Below are positions 57,486 to 64,000 of a stretch of DNA of 64,000 nucleotides, piece by piece (positions within the stretch are counted from its first letter, which is position 1; each line of letters opens with the position of its first letter). The notes below the pieces were generated by a model. That model searched no databases and was not told the origin of the DNA. It saw only the letters and a list, made by a program, of their open reading frames with translations. The position numbers were made by a program, and so were the translations under genes. The DNA comes from a virus (lineage: Duplodnaviria > Caudoviricetes), in IMG/VR virus record IMGVR_UViG_2974792740_000001, positions 1 to 64,000 of that record; one strand, given 5' to 3'.

Positions 57486-57570
57486 GCCGTGATGCGAAGC
57501 ACGAACGTTACTTCATCAGTTGCTAAAGAAACCGAACAGAAACACGTTCATGCAACTCAGTTCACACGGC
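57486..57570 (+). ncRNA. Y-RNA-like module 4 (minimal)
   Basis: GCCGTG/CACGGC, GATGCGAAG, GCACGAACG/CGTTCATGC, TTACTTC. Confidence 0.65.
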
Positions 57571-57597
57571 ACAATTCAACACACAGGAGCAGAAGGA

Positions 57598-59196
57598 ATG
57601 TCGCGCTACAACACCGCCACCAAGGCCCGACCCGCACAAAAGTCGAGCGCCATCAAGGCCGGTACGAAGCCCAAAACCAACCCACAGGGTGGAATCGGAT
57701 TCAAGCGCGGCGACGCCAAGTCCGAACTGTTCCTCTCCGCTGCAACCTCATTCATGCAGCCCAAATTCTATGAAACCGAAAGCGACCTGCGCGCACGTCA
57801 GCGCAAGCTCATCGCCAAGGTGGCCGTCTCCGACCCGGAGTGGACTTTCGAGTTCCTGACGTGGCTCCGCACCGAGGGCAACCTGCGCACCGGGTCGCTC
57901 ACCCTGGCCGCTGACGCGGTTCGGGAACGCCTGAAGGCGGGCAAAACGGGCTGGAACCGGCAGATCATCTCCACGGTCCTGCGCCGGCCTGACGAGCCTG
58001 GCGAAATGCTGGCCTACTGGACAACCAACTACGGTCGCAACGTGCCGATCTCGGTCAAGCGTGGCATCGCGGACGTCATTGAGGGCCAGTACAACGAGCG
58101 CAACTTTCTGAAGTACGACAGCGCGTCTCGCGCCTTCCGGTTCGGTGATGTGATCGAGCTGACCCATCCGAAGATGACGGGCAGCCGGGGTGATCTCGCC
58201 TCGTATGCGATCACTGTGGGTAAGGGCCATGACGCCGAGATCCCGTCTTCCCTCTCGATGATCCGAAAGAATCGCAACCTGCGTCAGTGGACTCCCGGCG
58301 AGATCGTGGAGCGCGCAAAGTACCGGGGCGACGATCTGATGCCACTGAGCGACGTGCTCAGCGCAGCAGGTATGACGTGGGAAGATATTCCCGCACTCGT
58401 CAACGGCCCCTGGACGCCCGAACTGTGGGAAGCCGCCATCCCCAACATGGGCGTGATGGCCCTCATGCGGAACTTGAGAAACTTCGACCAAGTCGGCATC
58501 TCCAAGCAAGCCGCAAAGATGGTCCGCGACAAACTGTCCGACCCTGAGGCTGTCCGCAAGTCCCGAATCCTTCCCCTCCGTGCACTGTCCGCCTACAAGG
58601 CTGTCAGCAATTCGCGCTGGCACGGCGCACTCGAAGACGCCGTGGACATCACTCTGGATAACGTGCCCGCCCTGAAGGGCCGCACGCTGATCCTGGTGGA
58701 CTGCTCGGGCTCCATGTTCTTCGGTAACGGAACTGATCTGAGCTACGCAGAGTCGGCAGCAGTGTTCGGTACTGCACTCGCGGCGAAGGCAGAGAAGGCC
58801 ACCCTCGTGCACTACGGGTCCAGCTCGCGAGAGGTTCCGGTCCCACGTGGCGCTTCGGTGTTGGAGATGGCCCGCTCGGTGCACAGCATGGGCGGCACAG
58901 CCACCGCAGCAGCGATCCAGCAGCACTACAACGGCCACGATCGTGTCATCCTGCTGACTGATGAGCAGCACAACGGTGGCGGCTACGGATGGGGCTCGCG
59001 CTACGTGTCTCAGAACCCGAGCGACTACGTGCCAAAGCACATTCCGCTCATCACCTTCAACCTCGCCGGATACAAGCTCGGCGGCGTCAAGGACGGCCCT
59101 AATCGGCTGACATTCTCGTCGCTGTCCGACTCGGCCTGGAAGCTTGTTGACATGTTCGGCAACGGCATGTCCGGATGGCCCTGGGAGGCAAACTGA
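57598..59196 (+). CDS. rsr: Ro60 / TROVE-domain RNA-binding protein
   Basis: NPQGGIGF, SELFLS, LRRPDEPGE, KRGIAD, MGVMALMRNLRNF, SRILP; vWA MIDAS LVDCSGSM, GGT, LLTDEQ; SD upstream of ATG 57598. Confidence 0.93.
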   Translation: MSRYNTATKARPAQKSSAIKAGTKPKTNPQGGIGFKRGDAKSELFLSAATSFMQPKFYETESDLRARQRKLIAKVAVSDPEWTFEFLTWLRTEGNLRTGSLTLAADAVRERLKAGKTGWNRQIISTVLRRPDEPGEMLAYWTTNYGRNVPISVKRGIADVIEGQYNERNFLKYDSASRAFRFGDVIELTHPKMTGSRGDLASYAITVGKGHDAEIPSSLSMIRKNRNLRQWTPGEIVERAKYRGDDLMPLSDVLSAAGMTWEDIPALVNGPWTPELWEAAIPNMGVMALMRNLRNFDQVGISKQAAKMVRDKLSDPEAVRKSRILPLRALSAYKAVSNSRWHGALEDAVDITLDNVPALKGRTLILVDCSGSMFFGNGTDLSYAESAAVFGTALAAKAEKATLVHYGSSSREVPVPRGASVLEMARSVHSMGGTATAAAIQQHYNGHDRVILLTDEQHNGGGYGWGSRYVSQNPSDYVPKHIPLITFNLAGYKLGGVKDGPNRLTFSSLSDSAWKLVDMFGNGMSGWPWEAN

Positions 59197-59197
59197 C

Positions 59198-59293
59198 ATG
59201 GACCCCCTGACAATGCTTGGCCTCGTCGCTATCGGCATCTTCATCGGCGGAGTCTTCGGAATCTCCGCGTACGACTACTTTCTCAATCATTGA
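59198..59293 (+). CDS. Tiny membrane protein (31 aa), not in ORF track
   Basis: MDPLTMLGLVAIGIFIGGVFGISAYDYFLNH; fills the gap between Ro60 and prim-pol. Confidence 0.5.
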   Translation: MDPLTMLGLVAIGIFIGGVFGISAYDYFLNH

Positions 59294-60006
59294 GTGAGCT
59301 ACACGATGCCGCGCTGAACTACCTGTACGAAGGATTCCAAGTCTTCCCGCTATGGCCTGGCGGGAAAACCCCACTCGTCGAGAACGGCTTGCACGAAGCA
59401 ACCGACAATCCCACCACCGTGGACAAATGGTGGGGACGCTGGCCGCAAGCCAACATCGGGGTGAGGGTGCCAGAACGAGTGATCGTGATCGACATAGACC
59501 CCCGCTCCGGGGGCGCACTCGACCAGCTTGGAAACATCCCAAGAACACGCACAGCCGCAACAGGTGGCGGCGGATGGCATCTCCTATTCAGGCATGTTGG
59601 ACGAGCACGAGGGAAGCTGGATGAGGCCCGTGGTATCGACATCAAAACTAACAGCGGCTATATCGTTGGTGCGCCAAGCGTTCACGAGTCTGGCCGACGC
59701 TATCGCTGGACTGATCGCGGCCCTATCGCAGACCTTCCGGCATCCCTGCTCCGTCGTGTATCCCCTGCTCCCCCGCAGGTGGTGTGGGACGACCCTGGTG
59801 TGGGCTCCACCAAGGGATTGGTTGCCACTGTCGCGGATGCGGTTGAGGGCGAACGGAACCACAAATTCTTCTGGGCTGCGTGTCGGGCCTATCAAGAGGG
59901 GGCTGATCCTGAGTTGATGGGCGCGTTGGTGAATGCTGCTCGTTCGATTGGGTTGACTGAGCGTGAGATTGGGTTGTCCCTTCGTTCTGCTCAGGCCCGC
60001 GTGTAG
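59290..60006 (+). CDS. Bifunctional DNA primase/polymerase (Prim-Pol N-terminal type)
   Basis: VFPLWPGGKTP, WWGRWPQANIG, VIDIDPRSGG, TGGGGWHL, GYIVGAPSVH. Confidence 0.9.
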   Translation: MSELHDAALNYLYEGFQVFPLWPGGKTPLVENGLHEATDNPTTVDKWWGRWPQANIGVRVPERVIVIDIDPRSGGALDQLGNIPRTRTAATGGGGWHLLFRHVGRARGKLDEARGIDIKTNSGYIVGAPSVHESGRRYRWTDRGPIADLPASLLRRVSPAPPQVVWDDPGVGSTKGLVATVADAVEGERNHKFFWAACRAYQEGADPELMGALVNAARSIGLTEREIGLSLRSAQARV

Positions 60007-60106
60007 CTGAGTAGAAGTTTCGGCTCCGTTTCATGGACACTCCAACGTCAATCAAACGGGCAGTCCCTTTCTAGGACAAAAGTCCTGTGCGGCAACACAG
60101 GCATCT

Positions 60107-60181
60107 GCCCGCGTAGCTTAATGGTAAAGCCCCGGCTTGTGGTGCCGGTGATTACGGTTCGACTCCGTGCGCGTGGAACCA
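60107..60181 (+). tRNA. tRNA-His(GTG), imperfect acceptor stem
   Basis: Anticodon arm CCGGC-TTGTGGT-GCCGG, D-arm GCTT/AAGC, T-loop TTCGACT; acceptor has mismatches and lacks C73. Confidence 0.65.
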
Positions 60182-60183
60182 AC

Positions 60184-60318
60184 GGCCGATAGTCCAATGG
60201 AGTGGTCCCCACATATCGAACTAGCGGGCGTGCACGCCGACGGCTAGCGAATTTCTGTGAAGGGTCCAGGACGCCCCAAATGGTGGAGGAAATGCGGGTT
60301 CGAATCCCGCGAGGCCGA
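60184..60318 (+). ncRNA. tRNA-like RNA with a structured insertion of about 60 nt in the D-loop and a degenerate anticodon arm
   Basis: CGGCC/GGCCG ends, D-stem GTCC/GGAC, T-arm GCGGG-TTCGAAT-CCCGC. Confidence 0.5.
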
Positions 60319-60437
60319 CGAAATGACCGGACGACCGTGGAAGCCGGTTGGTCATGAACGAGCGCAACTTGCCTGCCGGTGGCTAGGTTGCGTCTGGTAG
60401 ACGGTGGGGCTTCCGGAAACAATTCCCCACCTCGCAA

Positions 60438-60514
60438 TCGCATGTAGTTCAAAGGGTAGAGCAACCGGGCGTACGCTGAACCGGGGAATGTGGGTTCGAA
60501 TCCCACCATGCGGG
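60438..60514 (+). ncRNA. tRNA-like RNA with 12-nt anticodon loop
   Basis: TCGCATG/CATGCGG acceptor, GTTC/GAGC D-arm, CCGG-GCGTACGCTGAA-CCGG, T-arm GTGGG-TTCGAAT-CCCAC. Confidence 0.65.
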
Positions 60515-60546
60515 CTGCGCTTGATCGTGCGCGTAAACGATCGGCT

Positions 60547-60619
60547 GCCTTAGAAACCGAATTGGCTAGGTGCCTGACTTCCAATCAGGATTTTGCGGGT
60601 TCAAGTCCCGTCTAAGGCT
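60547..60619 (+). tRNA. tRNA-Gly(TCC)
   Basis: GCCTTAG/CTAAGGC acceptor, CCTGA-CTTCCAA-TCAGG, U73. Confidence 0.88.
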
Positions 60620-60753
60620 CCGGCCCTGCTGCTGGGGACCGATATGCCGAGTAACCAAGACTCGGTGCAGTAGCGCGGTGGTGGTGGCTAGATTCCAACA
60701 ACACGTCACTAGGGTTGCAACCTGCCGATAGCGCTGTCGGCTGAATAGCTCCA

Positions 60754-60828
60754 CTCTCCGTAGCTCAGATGGTTTAGAGCAGGGCACTCTTAATGCTCGG
60801 GTCGCAGGTTCGAACCCTGCCGGGGAGA
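60754..60828 (+). tRNA. tRNA-Lys(CTT)
   Basis: CTCTCCG/CGGGGAG acceptor, GGGCA-CTCTTAA-TGCTC, canonical D and T arms. Confidence 0.9.
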
Positions 60829-60905
60829 CGGCCCTCCTGCTGGGGTTATACGCCAGATCGCTACTGGCACAGCAGGGCATCAGGCAACGTCGGGCCTGAT
60901 GTTTC

Positions 60906-60974
60906 GTCGCATAAGTCTCAGCGGCAAGAGCTGGGGGTATTCCCCTGGTCGCCGGTTCGATTCCGGCTGCGACA
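60906..60974 (+). ncRNA. tRNA-like RNA with shrunken (3-5 nt) anticodon loop
   Basis: GTCGCA/TGCGAC acceptor, CTC/GAG D-arm, GGGG-GTATT-CCCC, T-arm GCCGG-TTCGATT-CCGGC. Confidence 0.62.
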
Positions 60975-61171
60975 CGATGGGGTGGTATTCCCAGTTAGCA
61001 CAACCAGTCGACGGTCCGTGCTTGAAAAATGACCAGGGCGGCATTGCAGTGCCAACTAGCCACGACGGACTAAGCCCGATGAAGGCCGTCTAACCCCTCG
61101 CTGGTCAAGCCCTGCAAGGTACGGGCCGGGGACAATTTGGAGTGCACATCAAGCGGGGGTGCACTCATTCG

Positions 61172-61255
61172 GGGCTTGTGGCGGAATTGGCAGACGCGCC
61201 GGATTCAAAATCCGGAGTCCTTTCGGACGTGTGGGTTCGACCCCCACCAGGCCCA
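61172..61255 (+). tRNA. tRNA-Leu(CAA)
   Basis: GGGCTTG/CAGGCCC acceptor, CCGGA-TTCAAAA-TCCGG, long variable arm. Confidence 0.92.
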
Positions 61256-61256
61256 C

Positions 61257-61511
61257 ATGGCACTGAGACCGCCACCACTGGCAGAACCCCATGAGGTTGA
61301 TGACCTCTCGCATCTCGAAGCACTGAGGCGACTTTCAGCCATCAGCGCGTACACGTACGCGGCCCACAATCAAGTGGATGCGGACGTGAACTCAATGGCA
61401 ACGAAGGGCTGTTGGGCACCACCAATCGAGCACGGTACCTACAAGCCGGGTCACGCACCTTCGGGTGCGTATGCCCGCCTGATCGGCCTGCTCACGAAGG
61501 GAAAGAAGTAG
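61257..61511 (+). CDS. Hypothetical protein
   Basis: ATG 2 nt after tRNA-Leu; 84 aa. Confidence 0.45.
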   Translation: MALRPPPLAEPHEVDDLSHLEALRRLSAISAYTYAAHNQVDADVNSMATKGCWAPPIEHGTYKPGHAPSGAYARLIGLLTKGKK

Positions 61512-61514
61512 CAC

Positions 61515-61700
61515 ATGTTTGGACGTAAGAAGAAGCGCGCCACCAGCGCCACGCCCTCGCGCAGCAGCTACGACAGCTGCAGCAGCACCACCCCGTATGG
61601 CGGCTACAGCAACAGCGGCTACGACAGCGGCTCGTCCTACTCGTCGTCGTGTGACAGCTCGTCGTCCTCGTCTTCGTGTGACAGCGGCGGAAGCTTCTGA
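61515..61700 (+). CDS. Small Ser-rich low-complexity protein
   Basis: MFGRKKKR...SSSCDSSSSSSSCDSGGSF. Confidence 0.55.
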   Translation: MFGRKKKRATSATPSRSSYDSCSSTTPYGGYSNSGYDSGSSYSSSCDSSSSSSSCDSGGSF

Positions 61701-61891
61701 TGGGTACCGCGCTGGTAATCGGGGGGATTCTCCTCGGGGCGCTGCTCATCGGCGCGGCGGTCGCATGTGTCGCAAAGGCTGTGCTCGACTCGCCTCTGTC
61801 GCAGGGTGTTGCGCAGGGAAGCTCCACCTACAAGGGTGGGTTTGACCTCAGTCATCCCACTGGGGTTGCGCTACTGGTGGCGGCTACCTGA
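61700..61891 (+). CDS. Small membrane protein
   Basis: N-terminal TM helix; TGATG overlaps. Confidence 0.55.
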   Translation: MGTALVIGGILLGALLIGAAVACVAKAVLDSPLSQGVAQGSSTYKGGFDLSHPTGVALLVAAT

Positions 61892-61986
61892 TGGAGTTCC
61901 TGGCAATCGTTGGCGCAGTGACATGCATCGCCGTAATCTGTTATGTCGCAGTCGGCGTCGGGGTTCTCATCACGCTCTCGCGGTGA
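61891..61986 (+). CDS. Tiny membrane protein (31 aa), not in ORF track
   Basis: MEFLAIVGAVTCIAVICYVAVGVGVLITLSR; TGATG overlap. Confidence 0.45.
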   Translation: MEFLAIVGAVTCIAVICYVAVGVGVLITLSR

Positions 61987-61994
61987 GCCCGTAT

Positions 61995-62065
61995 TCCCTG
62001 ATCGTCTAACGGCAGGACGCCGCGCTCTGGACGCGGAGATTGAGGTTCGAATCCTTGTCGGGGAG
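61995..62065 (+). tRNA. tRNA-Gln(CTG)
   Basis: TCCCTGA/TCGGGGA acceptor, CCGCG-CTCTGGA-CGCGG. Confidence 0.9.
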
Positions 62066-62126
62066 CTTGCCCTTGGGATGGGGTATAGCGCGGTTGGCCG
62101 AACCGCGATAAACAAAATGGCCGTAA

Positions 62127-62205
62127 CCGGGTAACCGCATGGAGCGGAATGGGACTGTAAATCCCAGGCGGAAACGCACCGGAGGTTCGATTCCTTCTAC
62201 CCGGA
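62127..62205 (+). tRNA. tRNA-Tyr(GTA)
   Basis: CCGGGTA/TACCCGG acceptor, TGGGA-CTGTAAA-TCCCA, long variable arm, short D-loop. Confidence 0.82.
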
Positions 62206-62218
62206 CCCAACAGACGAA

Positions 62219-62260
62219 ACGCCAGCAGACATTCATCGTGCCTGCTGGCGTCTTTTGTTG
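62219..62260 (+). terminator. Intrinsic terminator after the tRNA cluster
   Basis: ACGCCAGCAG / CTGCTGGCGT stem plus CTTTTGTTG. Confidence 0.75.
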
Positions 62261-62291
62261 TCTCAGAAAGGTAATCGCTTGGCGCTAACTG

Positions 62292-62609
62292 ATGGGCGTT
62301 GTGATCGCTCAGACCTTCTTCCCGAGCAGTGTTGGTGCCGGGATCACCGCGACCTTGAACATGTGGAGGTTCACGAACTCGATGGCTAGCTACTACCAGA
62401 TCGCAGAAGTCGACGATGACCTGGAAGACCTTGAGTGGACGCGGCTGAAAATGCTGAACAAGCTTCTCGAACACAATGCGGGCGGTGCCGCGAAGCCCAG
62501 TGACTTCACCTTCAGTCACCGCTACGGATACTTCGTGAATGGCGTCTTCACTGCCACCGACGATCCTGAGTCGCACTACATTCAGGTGGAGGCTGCTATC
62601 AGTGAGTGA
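62292..62609 (+). CDS. Hypothetical protein
   Basis: 105-aa ORF overlapping the thyX start. Confidence 0.5.
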   Translation: MGVVIAQTFFPSSVGAGITATLNMWRFTNSMASYYQIAEVDDDLEDLEWTRLKMLNKLLEHNAGGAAKPSDFTFSHRYGYFVNGVFTATDDPESHYIQVEAAISE

Positions 62610-63306
62610 CATCCAGTTCCGTTCCGACATGGGTGTCCAGCTCGTTGGGCACATGGGCGACGACAGTGCGATAGCCGCCGCCGCTCGCGTGTCAACCGTG
62701 GGCGCACAGTCGCTTGCCGACGCTAGCGAGTCCGCCGGCCTCATCAACTTCTTGGCAAAGAACCGACATGGCAGCCCGTTTGAGCACGTCACGTTCACGT
62801 TCCTTGTCGAGTGCCCGATCTTCGTGGCCCGCGAGTTCATGCGGCATCGGATCGCTTCATACAACGAGGAATCCGGCAGGTACAAACAGCTTGACCCGGT
62901 GTTCTATGTTCCCGACGTGACGCGGCCCCTTCAGCAGGTCGGCAAGGCTGGGGCCTACGAGTTCGTCACAGGCACCGAACAGCAGCAACATGCAGTTCGC
63001 GTGTGCCTCAGATACGGGGCACGTGAAGCCTACGCGGCCTACAAGGACATGCTCGACGAGGGTGTTGCCCGCGAGGTTGCCCGGATGGTGTTGCCACTCA
63101 ACATCTACACCAGCTTCTACGTCACCATGAACGCTCGCGGACTCATGAACTTTCTGTCCCTCCGCACCAAGCGTGATGGCTCGCACTTTCCCTCGTATCC
63201 GCAGCAGGAGATCGAGATGGTTGCCGAGCAGATGGAAGAGTTCTTCGCCGCTGTAACGCCATTGACGCACAAGGCTTTCAACACAAACGGGAGGGTTGCA
63301 CCGTGA
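62602..63306 (+). CDS. thyX: FAD-dependent thymidylate synthase
   Basis: HGSPFEH, REFMRHRIASYNEESGRY, NARGLMNFLSLR, QQEI; GTG start 62602. Confidence 0.96.
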   Translation: MSDIQFRSDMGVQLVGHMGDDSAIAAAARVSTVGAQSLADASESAGLINFLAKNRHGSPFEHVTFTFLVECPIFVAREFMRHRIASYNEESGRYKQLDPVFYVPDVTRPLQQVGKAGAYEFVTGTEQQQHAVRVCLRYGAREAYAAYKDMLDEGVAREVARMVLPLNIYTSFYVTMNARGLMNFLSLRTKRDGSHFPSYPQQEIEMVAEQMEEFFAAVTPLTHKAFNTNGRVAP

Positions 63307-63440
63307 CATCGATTCAGGCTTTGCATGAGCAAGAGGTAGACGAGGCGTACCGACGCGGCTACGACGAGGGTTACGACGAGGGCCGTGAAGACGGCTACAA
63401 CGACGGCTACGAGGATGGAAGCGCGGAACCGATTGCCTGA
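63303..63440 (+). CDS. Tiny acidic protein with GYxxG repeats, not in ORF track
   Basis: ..AYRRGYDEGYDEGREDGYNDGYEDG..; GTGA overlap with the thyX stop. Confidence 0.5.
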   Translation: MTSIQALHEQEVDEAYRRGYDEGYDEGREDGYNDGYEDGSAEPIA

Positions 63441-63750
63441 CAACGAACGCATCCAAAACTGGCTAGGCCAATACTTCTCTGTCGGCAACCGGGTCTGCCG
63501 TGGTGCACGAGACGGCAACACATCCAGCTTCAAGGTTGGCATCGTGGTAGGCATCAACGCCGAGAAGCGCAATGTCCGCGTGCACTGGGTCGCTAAACCG
63601 GCAGGCTGGCGTGACGAGCACGCCTACCGAATCATCACGTCCCACCACAGCACCTCCAACGTGGACACCCTGTTCCGGCTCGCGGACACACATATGACTG
63701 AGGCCGTGGACCACGCGCTCACTGACGCGGCAATGAGGCTGCGTGACTGA
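63433..63750 (+). CDS. Hypothetical protein (SH3-like beta pattern)
   Basis: FSVGNRVCRG..GIVVGI..VRVHW; TTG start inferred. Confidence 0.5.
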   Translation: MPDNERIQNWLGQYFSVGNRVCRGARDGNTSSFKVGIVVGINAEKRNVRVHWVAKPAGWRDEHAYRIITSHHSTSNVDTLFRLADTHMTEAVDHALTDAAMRLRD

Positions 63751-63925
63751 GCAACTGTTTACCGCAGCCCAAGTTCAACAGGCCGTGTACGACGTGCTCG
63801 ACGATAACTGTGTGTCCCTCTGGCTTCAAGAGCCACAGGACGATACGACCACGCCGTTCGGCCTTGTCCATCCCGAAGATGTTGGGCACATCGGGCGTTG
63901 GGTCATCGAAAGACTGAGAGGATAG
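63743..63925 (+). CDS. Hypothetical protein
   Basis: 60-aa ORF overlapping upstream stop. Confidence 0.45.
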   Translation: MTEQLFTAAQVQQAVYDVLDDNCVSLWLQEPQDDTTTPFGLVHPEDVGHIGRWVIERLRG

Positions 63926-64000
63926 TAGTTGACGTTCAACGCCATCAACTGGAACGACATCCCCGACGAAACCGATCTCGTCGTGTGGCAGAAACTTGTT

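Noticed and set aside
57103-57570. Y RNA array read as a CRISPR-like repeat-spacer array
   Set aside because: Conserved parts are short split motifs inside paired stems, not 25-40 bp identical repeats; unit lengths vary from 75 to 148 nt.
57121-57773. ORF-track entries 57121-57420, 57489-57773 and the 57520 start for Ro60
   Set aside because: They overlap the structured RNA modules, lack SDs and have no motifs; Ro60 has a good SD before ATG 57598.
60184-60753. Possible tmRNA
   Set aside because: No GGGGCTG-type 5' end, no tag reading frame and no T-arm directly before the CCA at 60751.
60048-61093. ORFs across the tRNA cluster (60048-60584, 60566-60880, 60793-61032, 60899-61093)
   Set aside because: Translations of tRNA sequence; no coding signals.
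1-64000. Interpreting the window as an integrated prophage with flanking host DNA
   Set aside because: No host housekeeping genes at either edge and attP appears unsplit with phage-like genes on both sides.

Overview
GC-rich temperate siphophage of a mycolic-acid actinobacterium (Gordonia/Rhodococcus/Mycobacterium-like host; inferred from gene content, not identified). The attP appears intact (tyrosine integrase plus the 3' half of a tRNA-Leu(CAA), phage-like genes on both sides), so this is probably a free or circularised phage genome, not an integrated prophage; the window is a partial view. Layout: leftward accessory genes, integrase and attP (1-4.4 kb); virion operon from terminase to tail fibres (4.5-29.8 kb), with a 2277-aa tape measure carrying three candidate cell-wall enzyme domains; split lysin A and holin, no lysin B seen (29.8-31.9 kb); leftward Lsr2, membrane protein and repressor, then a divergent cro/xis switch (32-34.4 kb); replication, recombination and methylation genes (35-50 kb); an RNA-repair/anti-defence block (50-62 kb) with Pnk, RNA ligase, a Prs-like + Nampt-like pair (NARP1-like), an RlaP-like nucleotidyltransferase, Ro60/TROVE and a tRNA cluster; then thyX. 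The most striking signal is an array of four tandem Y-RNA-like modules directly upstream of Ro60, sharing invariant motifs but with fully co-varying stems. Several tRNA-shaped RNAs with broken anticodon arms and three candidate non-canonical start codons (CTG, CTG, ATC), one revealing a gene missing from the ORF track, were also found. All assignments come from reading motifs by eye; no searches or folding programs were run.
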